Shown here: positions 36,804-46,396 of the stretch, one piece after another
Position numbering within the stretch: the first letter of the stretch is position 1
Layout: every line of letters begins with the position of its first letter
Assembly (NCBI GenBank): GCA_022825005.1
Contig: JAJDYU010000042.1
Coordinates: forward strand, 84,949 to 148,948
From: Acidimicrobiia bacterium
Lineage (GTDB): Bacteria > Actinomycetota > Acidimicrobiia > Acidimicrobiales > Bin134
DNA length: 64,000 bases
Direction of reading: 5' to 3'
Translations under genes and position numbers: made by a program
The notes under the pieces: generated by a model
What the model was told of the DNA's origin: nothing
The model's database searches: none
What the model saw: the letters and a program-made list of their open reading frames with translations, nothing else

Positions 36804-39800
36804 ATGAAAAAGCTTCTGATCCTGTTGCTTAGCGCGGCCTTGGTTGCGGCCGCCTGCTCGGATAGTGAAACCCATGTGCCGGTCACCGGCCAGATCGACT
36901 CGGGTGAAATCACGGCGGCCGACGAAGCCGCTCCCAGCCCCCAAGCCACTGCGGAGCCCACGGCTGCGTCGGAAGCTGAGGACGAAGACGGCGAGGTCGC
37001 CGAACCTGAGACCCCGGCTGAAGAGGAGATCAGTTGCCAGGCTGCCGATGGCACCCCCGATGCTCTGGCGGAAGAGGGCCTGCTGCCGATCGACCCTGCC
37101 GTGAAGATCGGTGCGCTGGAGAACGGGCTTACCTACTACGTGCGGTCCAACGACAGCCCGGGCGGTGCTTTGTCATTGCGTTTGGTGGTGAACGCGGGAT
37201 CACTCAATGAGCCCTTCGCGGGGGCCAACCATGCCCACTTCCTCGAGCACATGCTGTTCAACGGCACTGAGAAGTATCCCGGCAACGAGATCACCGACGC
37301 CTTGCAGAGCATCGGAGTGGAATTCGGCCCGGATATCAACGCCTACACCTCATTCGACGAGACGGTCTACATGCTCGACCTGGTTATCGACGAGGAAGAA
37401 GACTCGGTGGGTACCGCCTTCGACGTGCTGTCCCAGTGGGCTCATGCCGCCACAATTGACCCCGATGATGTGGAGGAAGAGCGGGGCATTGTCCGAGACG
37501 AATACCGCCTGAGGGACGAGTCCGGCCAGGGCATTATTCTCGACGTGTTCGACCGGATGTACAGCCAGGGCACCCCCTATGAGGGCCGTGCGCCGGGTGG
37601 CACGGCCGAGAACATCGAGGCAACCACGGCTGAGGATCTACGGGCCTTTTACGAGACGTGGTACGTGCCCTCCAATATGGCGGTTGTCGCGGTGGGCGAC
37701 CTGCCCCTCGACACGCTTGAATCCCTGGTGGAGGAGTATTTCTGCGACATTCCCGCTGGAGATGATCCTGGTGCGGTCGATACCTGGTCGGCGTTGAATC
37801 CCGAGGCAACCTTCGACACAGCCGCCTCCCCTGAGCAGTCCTACTCTTATCTCTCGCTGGACATTCGCCTGCCGTCCTGGGATCCCAACACCATCGAAGG
37901 CGACCGCCAACTGTGGATCGAAGAGATCATCAGCATCATGGTGGAGAATCGTTTGCAGGACGGCTACGAACAGGGATTCCTGTCGCAGATCGACCCGACG
38001 CACTGGGCGTCGTTCTCCTATACCCGGGGCTTGCGGTATTACGGCACCAATTTGCGGGCCGACAATTTCTCGGCGGCCTTAACCGACTATTGGTCGTTGT
38101 TGCTCAGCCTGAGCGAGCACGGCTTTGCCGATGCTGATCTGGAGCGGGCGGCCAAGGCCATCAGGGCCGACCTGGATTCGGCGATCCAGGCGGCGCCCAC
38201 CACCCAAGACCGCCAGCACGCCGATCGCTATGCAGCGCACTTCCTGGCCGGAAGTGATATCGGCCAGTTGGAAGACACTGCCGAGCGGGTCGGCGCTCTG
38301 CTCGACGAGGTGCAGGTTGACGACCTTACCGACCGATATCGGGAAATCCTGGATGAGAGCGGGCTGATTCTCATCGCGGTGGGGGCCGATTCCTCCCAGG
38401 TTCCCTCGGTGGAGGAGTTGCAGGCTGCACTGGACGCCGCTGGGCCAGGTGAGCTTCCGGAGATGATTGGAGAGGCGACCGAGCTCCTCGCCGTTCCCGA
38501 TCCGGTTGATCCGGTGAGCGAAGGCCCGATTGAGGCCATAACCGATGAGTTGGAGAATGCCTATGAGTGGGAGTTCGCCAACGGGGCCCGGGTGATGTAC
38601 GCCTACTCCGACATCTCTGAGAACGAGGTTGGCCTACAGGCCATTTCCTGGGGTGGCTGGTCGGCTCTCGAGGAGGGAGACCGTCCGTTGGCCCAGTACC
38701 TGGCTACTCGGGCAGTGGCCAACAGCGGATTGGGCGAATTGAGCCCAGCGCAGATCTCTCGCTATCTGGATGATCGCAACGCTCAAGTCGGGCCGTTCAT
38801 CAGCGAGACCACGGAGGGTATAGCGGGCGCTTCGGACACTCTCGGGGTCGAGACGATGTTCCAGCTCATGCATCTGTATATGACCGAACCCCGGGTATAT
38901 GATCAGGCTTTCGCCGAAGCGGCCAATGTCGGCGACATCATCTTGTCGCTTTCGGCATCCGACCCCGACTGGCAGGAGGCAGTGGCCTATCTCGAGGCCC
39001 GTCACGGCGAGGCGTTCGGCTGGTTCAACCTGGTTGCTCCTCCGGAGACGCTGGACTCATTGACCGCAGAGTCGCTATTCGACATCTACCAGCAGCGCTT
39101 CGGCGGAGTGGACGACCTGGTGGTGGTGGTCGTCGGCGACGTGGAACGCGACGTCGTGGATCGGATGGCGCGCACCTATGTGGGCACGCTTCCCGCCGGG
39201 GAGGCCGACAGCTACGTGAATCGCCGACTTGGCGAGCCTGATGGAGTCGTGCGGGTCGAAGTGGTGCTCGGGCCCGACGTGCAGTCCACGACCGCGACCT
39301 ACTACTACGAGGTATTGGCCGAGGTGAATCCTGCATCGCAGATAGCGGTCGACGTGCTCCAGGTGATTTTGGACGACCGTCTGATCGACGATGTCCGAGA
39401 AGACCTGGGCGATACCTATGTCGTCGCCGGTTCGATCGCCATGAGCATTACGCCTGAGCCCAGGATCAGCGGAGAGGTCTTCGCTACCGGCGATCCCGAG
39501 CAGATGGACAGCATCGAGGCAGAAATGGCCCGCATCTTGGCCGAGCTGCACGCAGGAGACATCACCCCGGAGGAGTTCGAGCAAGCCCGGGCTGTGGTGG
39601 GCGACAACTACGAGCTGATCGACAATGCCGACCTGACCAATGTGCTGCTTCGCCGGCCCTACGCCGACGACGACGAGCTTCCCACACCGAGGCGGATGAT
39701 CGAGGAGCTAGAAGCACTAGAGCTGGATGCCGTGCAGGAAATCGCCGCGTTGCTCTTCGATCCCGATCAGCACATCCAGATAATCAGGGTGCTGCCTTAG
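36804..39800 (+). CDS. M16 (pitrilysin/insulinase) family zinc peptidase, fused double-M16 lipoprotein
   Basis: 998 aa. MKKLLILLLSAALVAAAC lipobox, acidic linker, HFLEHMLFNGT inverted zincin HxxEH motif. Confidence 0.88.
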   Translation: MKKLLILLLSAALVAAACSDSETHVPVTGQIDSGEITAADEAAPSPQATAEPTAASEAEDEDGEVAEPETPAEEEISCQAADGTPDALAEEGLLPIDPAVKIGALENGLTYYVRSNDSPGGALSLRLVVNAGSLNEPFAGANHAHFLEHMLFNGTEKYPGNEITDALQSIGVEFGPDINAYTSFDETVYMLDLVIDEEEDSVGTAFDVLSQWAHAATIDPDDVEEERGIVRDEYRLRDESGQGIILDVFDRMYSQGTPYEGRAPGGTAENIEATTAEDLRAFYETWYVPSNMAVVAVGDLPLDTLESLVEEYFCDIPAGDDPGAVDTWSALNPEATFDTAASPEQSYSYLSLDIRLPSWDPNTIEGDRQLWIEEIISIMVENRLQDGYEQGFLSQIDPTHWASFSYTRGLRYYGTNLRADNFSAALTDYWSLLLSLSEHGFADADLERAAKAIRADLDSAIQAAPTTQDRQHADRYAAHFLAGSDIGQLEDTAERVGALLDEVQVDDLTDRYREILDESGLILIAVGADSSQVPSVEELQAALDAAGPGELPEMIGEATELLAVPDPVDPVSEGPIEAITDELENAYEWEFANGARVMYAYSDISENEVGLQAISWGGWSALEEGDRPLAQYLATRAVANSGLGELSPAQISRYLDDRNAQVGPFISETTEGIAGASDTLGVETMFQLMHLYMTEPRVYDQAFAEAANVGDIILSLSASDPDWQEAVAYLEARHGEAFGWFNLVAPPETLDSLTAESLFDIYQQRFGGVDDLVVVVVGDVERDVVDRMARTYVGTLPAGEADSYVNRRLGEPDGVVRVEVVLGPDVQSTTATYYYEVLAEVNPASQIAVDVLQVILDDRLIDDVREDLGDTYVVAGSIAMSITPEPRISGEVFATGDPEQMDSIEAEMARILAELHAGDITPEEFEQARAVVGDNYELIDNADLTNVLLRRPYADDDELPTPRRMIEELEALELDAVQEIAALLFDPDQHIQIIRVLP

Positions 39801-39811
39801 CAACGCGATGA

Positions 39812-41371
39812 TCAGACCTGGCGCTCCTCGTCGGCCCAGTGGGGGTCGCGCAGCACTCGCTTGAGAATCTTGCCGGTGGGGGCCTTGGGCAACTCGTCCA
39901 CGAAGGCCACCGACCTTGGCTTCTGGTATGAGGCCAAGTTCTCGCGGGCGGCATCTATGATCTCGTCCTCGGTGGCGGTCATGCCCGGCTTGAGCACCAC
40001 GTAGGCCATCACCGACTCGCCCCAGGTGTCGTCGGGCACGCCGATAACTGCGGTCTCCAGCACGGCCTGGTGGGTGGCGATGGCTTCTTCGACCTGCACC
40101 GAGTAGATGTTCTCGCCGCCGGAGATGATCATGTCTTTGGCCCGGTCCACGATGAACACGTAGCGCTCGTCGTCCCAGGTGGCGATGTCGCCGGTCCACA
40201 TCCAACCGTCTTTGATGGTGTCGGCGGTGAGGTCGGGGCGGCGGAAGTAGCCCAGCATGTTGGCCTCAGACTTCACGATGATCTGCCCCGGTGTCTTGCC
40301 GTCGCAGGGAACGTCCACGCCGTCGGCATCCACCACCCGAACCGAGGTGACGAACCCCTCCCGGCCGCACGACCGAAGCCGCTCGGGGCGGTGGTCGTCG
40401 CGGATGGCCCGGATGTGGTCCTCCTGGGCCAGGAAGCACATGGTGGTGCCCTCGGTCTGGCCGTAGCCCTGGATCAGGGTGCAGGGGAACTTGTCCATGG
40501 CTTCGGTGATCACCCGCGACGGCATGGGGCCGCCCCCGTATTGGATGTTGCGCAGGCTGGAGATGTCGTAGTTGTCGAACCCCTCTACCGCCATCATCCA
40601 GTTCAACATGGTGGTGACGCCCAAAAAGGCCGACACCTTCTCAGCCTGAATCAACTCCAGGGCCAAGGTGGCGTCGAAGTTCATCAGCACCAGCGGGCAG
40701 CCGTGGGCCAGGTAGTTCATGGCCAGCACCACCGGGATGTGGAACATCTGCCCGGTGAGCATGTACACGTCGCTGGGGACGATGCGCTCGGCCACCGTCT
40801 GGTTGAGCATCCCGAAGTAGACGCTGCGGTGGCTGTGCAGGGCGCCCTTGGACTCCCCGGTGGTGCCCCCGGTGTAGAGGATGAACAGCGGGTCGGTGTC
40901 GCCAATGTCGGACGATCCCTCGGGCTCGGCATCCGACGATGAGGCCACCAGCTCTTCATAGGAGCCGTCGCCGCCTTCGCCGTACTGGAGCCAGTGCTCC
41001 ACCGAGCTCACCAATCCGGACAGCTCGGCCGACTCGGCGGCGTATGCGCCCTGGGTGATGTAGGCCCGGGGCTCCCCGTTGTTGACGATCTTGGCCAGCT
41101 CGGGCGCCGACAGACGCCAATTCATGGGCTGGGCCACCAGGCCTGAACGCCCGCAGGCGAAGTACAGCGCGGCGTACTCCACCGAGTTCTGGCTCAAGAT
41201 GCCGACCCGGTCGCCCATTTCCAGGCCCAGGCCGACCAGCCCGTTGGCCAGACGGCGGACGTGTTCGTCGAAGGCCGCGAACGTGACCCGCTGGCCGGTG
41301 GTGGAGTCGATGATCGCCTCGCGGTTCGGCGTCTGCCGGGCCCACTTGGCGGGAATCTGGCCGATGTTCAT
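39812..41371 (-). CDS. AMP-dependent acyl-CoA synthetase
   Basis: 519 aa. YTGGTTGESKGALHSH, WMWTGDIATWDDERY, PTGKILK. Confidence 0.9.
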   Translation of the reverse strand: MNIGQIPAKWARQTPNREAIIDSTTGQRVTFAAFDEHVRRLANGLVGLGLEMGDRVGILSQNSVEYAALYFACGRSGLVAQPMNWRLSAPELAKIVNNGEPRAYITQGAYAAESAELSGLVSSVEHWLQYGEGGDGSYEELVASSSDAEPEGSSDIGDTDPLFILYTGGTTGESKGALHSHRSVYFGMLNQTVAERIVPSDVYMLTGQMFHIPVVLAMNYLAHGCPLVLMNFDATLALELIQAEKVSAFLGVTTMLNWMMAVEGFDNYDISSLRNIQYGGGPMPSRVITEAMDKFPCTLIQGYGQTEGTTMCFLAQEDHIRAIRDDHRPERLRSCGREGFVTSVRVVDADGVDVPCDGKTPGQIIVKSEANMLGYFRRPDLTADTIKDGWMWTGDIATWDDERYVFIVDRAKDMIISGGENIYSVQVEEAIATHQAVLETAVIGVPDDTWGESVMAYVVLKPGMTATEDEIIDAARENLASYQKPRSVAFVDELPKAPTGKILKRVLRDPHWADEERQV

Positions 41372-41430
41372 CTGCGGCTCCTTTCTAGAGACCGGTGGCG
41401 ATGCTCATGGCCGCTTATGGCCGACCGTGC

Positions 41431-41838
41431 CTAGTAGGGCAGGTCGAGAGCCAAGAAGCGCTTTTGGATCTTCCAGTCGTCGCCCACCCGCACGCAGTCG
41501 TCGGTGTACACGCCGCTGGAGAGAACGGTCAGCTGGCCGTTCTCCACGGTGATGAGCACCAGGTAGCTGATGGCGGTGATGGAGTCCTCGGTCTCGTTCT
41601 CGAAGTAGAGGTTGGTCACTACGTGGCGCCGCTGATCGGTCTGCTCTTCCATCGCCCCGCTGAACAGCCCGGCAATGGCCTCCGAACCCTCGAAGGTGAT
41701 CGGGTCGCCGCCGGCGATGGTCATCGCGAACACGGGGTTGTCGGGAGCGAACATCCCGATGAGGAAGTCGCTGTCGCCCACGTCGTAGGCCACCCCGGCG
41801 TGGTTCAAAAGCTCGGTTACTGCTTGCTTGTCTGCCAT
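41431..41838 (-). CDS. NTF2 / SnoaL_4-like family protein
   Basis: 135 aa. Pattern typical of nuclear-transport-factor-2-like proteins (RRHVVTNLYF...WKIQKR). Sits between an SDR and an acyl-CoA ligase on the same strand. Confidence 0.65.
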   Translation of the reverse strand: MADKQAVTELLNHAGVAYDVGDSDFLIGMFAPDNPVFAMTIAGGDPITFEGSEAIAGLFSGAMEEQTDQRRHVVTNLYFENETEDSITAISYLVLITVENGQLTVLSSGVYTDDCVRVGDDWKIQKRFLALDLPY

Positions 41839-41842
41839 TGGA

Positions 41843-42655
41843 TCACTCCATTCCCAGTTGCTCTACCGTGCCTCGCCACGCAAGCGAGCCACCGTCGATC
41901 AAAATGTACGCGCCGTTGATGAAGCCGGCCTCACGGCTGGCCAAGAAGCACACCAACTCGCCCACCTCCGACGGGAGTCCCAAGCGGGGGATGAGCGAAG
42001 TGTTTATGAGCGCCTTCTCGAATGCCGCCGGGTCGTCGGCCTGCTTCACGAAGTCGGTGACCATGTCGGTGGCAATGGCGGTGGGGCCGTAGCAGTTGAC
42101 CCTGATCCCCAGCGGGGCCAAATCCACCGCCAGGTTCTGGGTTTGCAGCCGGATACCGCCCTTGGAGGTGCCGTAGGCCGAGTTGTTCGGATAGGCCGAC
42201 TGGGCGCCGGTGGAGGCCGCGTTGACGATCGACGGCCAGTCGCTCTCTTTGAGGTAGGGGAGGGCAGCCTTCGAGCAGATCCACGGGGCGACGGCGTTGA
42301 CCTCCACCACCTTGCGGAACACGTCGAGGGGCATCTGCTCCAGGTTGCACTGGTCAGCGGCGGCCAGCCCGCTCTCGTGGATGCCGGCGTTGTTGTGCAG
42401 CACGTCGATGCCGCCGAAGGCCTCAGCGGCGGCCGCCATCAGCGTCTCCACCTGGCCGGTGTCGGTCACATCGCAGTGCTGGTATGCCGCAGTGCCGCCC
42501 GAGGCGTTGATCTCGTCGGCTACTGCCTGTCCTTGCTCGTCGCTCAGGTCGGACACCATCACTTTGGCGCCCTTGCTGGCCGCGACCCGGGCGGTGGCTG
42601 CTCCGATTCCGGTCGCCGATCCGGTGATGACGAATCGCAGTCCTTCGATGCCCAT
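41843..42655 (-). CDS. SDR family oxidoreductase
   Basis: Start trimmed to MGIEGLRFVITGSATGIGAA. NNAG, YGTSK. Confidence 0.88.
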   Translation of the reverse strand: MGIEGLRFVITGSATGIGAATARVAASKGAKVMVSDLSDEQGQAVADEINASGGTAAYQHCDVTDTGQVETLMAAAAEAFGGIDVLHNNAGIHESGLAAADQCNLEQMPLDVFRKVVEVNAVAPWICSKAALPYLKESDWPSIVNAASTGAQSAYPNNSAYGTSKGGIRLQTQNLAVDLAPLGIRVNCYGPTAIATDMVTDFVKQADDPAAFEKALINTSLIPRLGLPSEVGELVCFLASREAGFINGAYILIDGGSLAWRGTVEQLGME

Positions 42656-42701
42656 TTGTGCCCCCTTGTGCGAGATACGGCCCGCAGCGTAGGCGGCTGG
42701 G

Positions 42702-43175
42702 TTGGTGGCTGTAAAACGATGGCCCGACACAGGAGGCGAATGCAGGGTGGAAGATGTCTGTTGGTACATTTGGCCGGTGCCTACCGTGTCTACAACCCCG
42801 CCAGAGCGAGCGGGGTCGGATCCTCGGCCCGAGTTGGTACTCAGCAATGGCCATGTCGAGTTGACTGGCAGCCGGTGTCCGAATTGTCGCCATCCCATGA
42901 CCACGACACCGCCCCGATGCCCAGTATGCGGTCATGACTCCATGGAGGCTGCCACCTTCGGCCCACGGGGCACGGTATTCAGCTCGACGGTGCTGAGGAT
43001 TCCTGTGCCGGGACGGACTCCGCCATTTACTTTGGCCTATGTAGACATGGATGACGGCCCCCGCATTCTGGTCCATGTGGTGGGTCCCGATGAGGCCCTG
43101 GTTCCCGGCAGCCGAGTCGTGCTGTCGGGCTGGAATGGCCACGGCGACCCGGTAGTGGAGAGGTGCGGGCCATGA
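42702..43175 (+). CDS. DUF35 OB-fold protein with intact Zn ribbon
   Basis: CPNC...CPVC rubredoxin-like ribbon, then an OB-fold (FTLAYVDMDDGPRILVHV). Start uncertain: GTG 42702, or GTG 42777 in the same frame. Confidence 0.8.
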   Translation: MVAVKRWPDTGGECRVEDVCWYIWPVPTVSTTPPERAGSDPRPELVLSNGHVELTGSRCPNCRHPMTTTPPRCPVCGHDSMEAATFGPRGTVFSSTVLRIPVPGRTPPFTLAYVDMDDGPRILVHVVGPDEALVPGSRVVLSGWNGHGDPVVERCGP

Positions 43176-44323
43176 CCGGTCGGAGCACAGCCATTTGGGG
43201 GGTGGGGACCTCGGCATTCGGCAAGCAGACCTCGTTGGGCGGCCCCCGGCTGGCGTGGCAGGCGACGACAGAAGCGCTCGATGACGCCGGGTTGAAGGCC
43301 GCTGACATCGAGGCGGTGTATGCCGGCTCGGTGTTCGGCGATCCTGGCACCGTTACCCGCAGCCTCCAGCAGATCGGCATCGTGGAGGTTCCGGTCATCA
43401 CCATTGAGAACGCCTGTGCCAGCGGGACTTCAGCGTTCCATGAAGCTCGCATGGCGGTGGATACCGGCCGCTTCGAGCGGGTGTTGGCCTTCGGCATAGA
43501 GACCATGACGTCGCACTTCGACGGAGCCATCAGCCCCATTGCCTCCGACCCCGACGGAGCCCAGGGCTATGCCATGCCCAGCATCTACGGCATGTCGGCC
43601 ACCAGGTACCAATATGAATTCGGGGTTACCGGCGAGCAGATGGCTGCGATAGCGGTGAAGAATCGCCGCCACGCGGTGGGCAATCCCCGAGCCCAACACC
43701 GCAAGACCGTTACCCTCAAACAGGTGCTGGGCAGCCGCATGGTGGCCGACCCGATCACCCTTTTCCAGTGCTGCTCCATCGCCGATGCTGCGGCCGCCGC
43801 GGTGGTTGGACCGCTGGGCGGTTCACAAGACCCGCGTGGGGAAGTAGCCATTCGCTCCAGCGCCCTGCGCTCGGGCCGACTGTGGGACCACACCACCGAA
43901 AAGGTGTGGGGCTGGGACATCGTGGCCGACACGGCGGCCCGGGCCTATGAAGAGGCCGGGGTGGGCGTTGGCGACATCGACGTATTCGAGGTTCACGATG
44001 CCTTCACCATCGGAGAGATCATCACCACCGAGGCGTTGGGGCTGTGCGAGCTGGGTGAAGGCGGCCGGTTGGTGGAGTCGGGCCATACCTCATTGGGCGG
44101 CCCCCAGCCGGTGAACCCATCGGGCGGTCTCTTGTCGCGGGGCCACCCGCTGGGTGCCACCGGTTTGGCTCAGATCGCCGAGATTGTGTGGCAACTACGA
44201 GGTATGGCCGCCGATCGCCAAGTGGCCGACGCCCGTCTCGGCGCAGTGGAGACCATGGGCGGCGGCACCGCAGGAATCGATGGCAACGCCTGCGTGGTGA
44301 CCGTGTTGGAGCAGGTGGGATGA
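43172..44323 (+). CDS. thiolase-like protein (SCP-x type)
   Basis: NACASG nucleophile, VHDAF, NPSGGLLSRGHPLGATG. ATG 43172 gives an ATGA overlap with the DUF35 stop. Alternative GTG start at 43163. Confidence 0.9.
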   Translation: MTGRSTAIWGVGTSAFGKQTSLGGPRLAWQATTEALDDAGLKAADIEAVYAGSVFGDPGTVTRSLQQIGIVEVPVITIENACASGTSAFHEARMAVDTGRFERVLAFGIETMTSHFDGAISPIASDPDGAQGYAMPSIYGMSATRYQYEFGVTGEQMAAIAVKNRRHAVGNPRAQHRKTVTLKQVLGSRMVADPITLFQCCSIADAAAAAVVGPLGGSQDPRGEVAIRSSALRSGRLWDHTTEKVWGWDIVADTAARAYEEAGVGVGDIDVFEVHDAFTIGEIITTEALGLCELGEGGRLVESGHTSLGGPQPVNPSGGLLSRGHPLGATGLAQIAEIVWQLRGMAADRQVADARLGAVETMGGGTAGIDGNACVVTVLEQVG

Positions 44324-44327
44324 CTCA

Positions 44328-45554
44328 ATGAGCGAGGGGCAAATTTTGGCCATCGACGATGAGGTCTTGTCGCCGGAGCGGATCGCCGATCCCCACTCCT
44401 ATTTCTCTGTGCTCCGCGAGCACGATCCGGTCCATTGGAATGAGAAGTACCGGGCGTGGTTCATCCACCGCTACGACGATGTACTCGACGCCCTGCGGGA
44501 CCCCCGCTTCTCTTCAGAGCGCATCGGTGCTGCCTACGACCGTCTGACCGACGAGCAGAAGGCTCAGCGCCAGCCCACCTACGACATCTTGATGGACTGG
44601 CTGGTGTTCCGGGATCCCCCCGACCACACCCGGCTTCGGCGATTGGTGAGCCGGGCTTTCACCCCTCGAGCGGTGGAGGCTTGGCGGAATCGAATCAACG
44701 GCGTGGTCGAAGAGCTGATCGACGGCTTTTCCGACAAGGAGCACTTCGATCTGATCGAGGACTTTGCTTACCCCATCCCCGCGGTGGTGATCGCCGAGAT
44801 GATGGGGGTGCCCGCCGACGACCGCGACCGGTTCAAAGACTGGTCCGACGACGTGATGATCCTGGTGTTCGGCGCCCGCGGCGTCGGGGACCGTCGGGCC
44901 CGTGCCCAGCAAGGGCTCGTCGAGTTGGCCGCCTACCTGGGCGATCTGGTGGCCCATTACCGCCAGCATCCGGCTGACAACATCATTTCCAATCTGGTGG
45001 AGGCTTCTGAGGGCGACGACAGCCTGGAAGATCCCGAGATCGTGGCCAACTGCGTGCTGTTTCTCTTCGGCGGCCACGAGACAACCACCAACCTGATCGG
45101 CAACGGCATTCGGGTGCTTCTCAACCATCCCGACCAGCTTCAGAAGCTGCGGGACGACCTCTCGCTGATCAAACCGGCAGTGGAGGAGATCCTGCGGTTC
45201 GACGGGCCGTCCAAGATGGAGGTCCGCACCCTGGCCGACGAGGTGGACATGGGGGATAAGACGCTCCCCGCGGGCGACATGGTTTATTTGGTGCAGCACG
45301 CTGCCAACCGGGATCCCGAGGCATTCGACCAGCCCGACCGGTTCGACATTGCCCGCGACCCCAACAACCACATCGGCTTTGGCTTCGGGCTGCACTTCTG
45401 CCTGGGCGCGTCAGTGGCTCGCCTGGAGGGAACGATTGCCTTGGAAGCCTTAGTGCGCCGCCTGCCCAATTTGGAGCTGGGGCCTGAGCCCGAAGTGTGG
45501 GTGCCCACCATGCTGAGCCGGGGATTGGAGCACTTGCCGGTGAGCCTCACATGA
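44328..45554 (+). CDS. cytochrome P450
   Basis: 408 aa. FLFGGHETTT I-helix, EEILRF, FGFGLHFCLGA heme loop. Confidence 0.93.
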   Translation: MSEGQILAIDDEVLSPERIADPHSYFSVLREHDPVHWNEKYRAWFIHRYDDVLDALRDPRFSSERIGAAYDRLTDEQKAQRQPTYDILMDWLVFRDPPDHTRLRRLVSRAFTPRAVEAWRNRINGVVEELIDGFSDKEHFDLIEDFAYPIPAVVIAEMMGVPADDRDRFKDWSDDVMILVFGARGVGDRRARAQQGLVELAAYLGDLVAHYRQHPADNIISNLVEASEGDDSLEDPEIVANCVLFLFGGHETTTNLIGNGIRVLLNHPDQLQKLRDDLSLIKPAVEEILRFDGPSKMEVRTLADEVDMGDKTLPAGDMVYLVQHAANRDPEAFDQPDRFDIARDPNNHIGFGFGLHFCLGASVARLEGTIALEALVRRLPNLELGPEPEVWVPTMLSRGLEHLPVSLT

Positions 45555-46309
45555 GCACGGCGCGGCCTCTGGAGGGTTTGGGCGCAGTGGTCACCGGAGC
45601 TACTGGCGACATCGGTGGGGCCATCGCCCGGGTGCTGGCCGACCATGGGGCCCGAGTCGGGCTAGTGGCCCGCCGGGTCGAGCGGTTGGAGGAGTTGGCC
45701 GGCGAGTTGCGAGATGGCGGCGCAGAAGTCTCTGTCTCCCCCTGCGATGTGACCGACCCCGACGCGGTGTCAGCCACCGCCGCGGCCATTGGCGAGGGGA
45801 TTGGCTCCATAGACATCCTCATCAACAACGCGGGCGGGGCCCGTTTCACTGCCCCGGTGCTCGACATCAACGAACCGGGCTGGTCCAAAACCGTGGCCCT
45901 CAACCTGACCGCGCCGTTCTTGGTCTCCCAGGCGTTCGGCCGATCGATGATTGAGCGGGGCGGGGGCAGCATCGTCAACGTGGGATCCCTGTCGGGCCTG
46001 CGCCATCTGCCCGGCATGGCGGCTTACTCGGCGGCCAAGGGCGGCCTGTTCCAGCAGACCAAGGCGCTGGCCCGGGAGTGGGCCCCCCACGGCGTGCGGG
46101 TGAACGCAGTGGCCCCCGGCTTCGTCGACACCAGCGGCTGGGACAGCTACGACAAAGACGCGGTGGTGGCTGAGGCCGGCATCGGCATTCCGCTGGGCCG
46201 CTGGGCCACCGCCGAGGAAGTGGCATTGCCGGTGGCCTTCCTGGCCTCTCCGGCCGCGTCCTACATCACCGGCGCAGTGCTGGTGATCGACGGAGGAATG
46301 CTGGCCTAG
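45551..46309 (+). CDS. SDR family oxidoreductase
   Basis: ATG 45551 overlaps the P450 stop (ATGA). AVVTGATGDIGGA, NNAG, YSAAK. Confidence 0.88.
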   Translation: MSTARPLEGLGAVVTGATGDIGGAIARVLADHGARVGLVARRVERLEELAGELRDGGAEVSVSPCDVTDPDAVSATAAAIGEGIGSIDILINNAGGARFTAPVLDINEPGWSKTVALNLTAPFLVSQAFGRSMIERGGGSIVNVGSLSGLRHLPGMAAYSAAKGGLFQQTKALAREWAPHGVRVNAVAPGFVDTSGWDSYDKDAVVAEAGIGIPLGRWATAEEVALPVAFLASPAASYITGAVLVIDGGMLA

Positions 46310-46396
46310 CGTACGCTTCGCGGTCACTGTGGACCCGGAGAATGCACCTCCTCGCAGTGCCAGCGGCAGAATGGATGGGATGAGGAGGAGTGTTCG

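Noticed and set aside
41828-42937. 369-aa plus-strand ORF
   Set aside because: It is antisense to the SDR gene 41843-42655 and has no motifs. Only its last part overlaps the real DUF35 gene region, and in a different frame.
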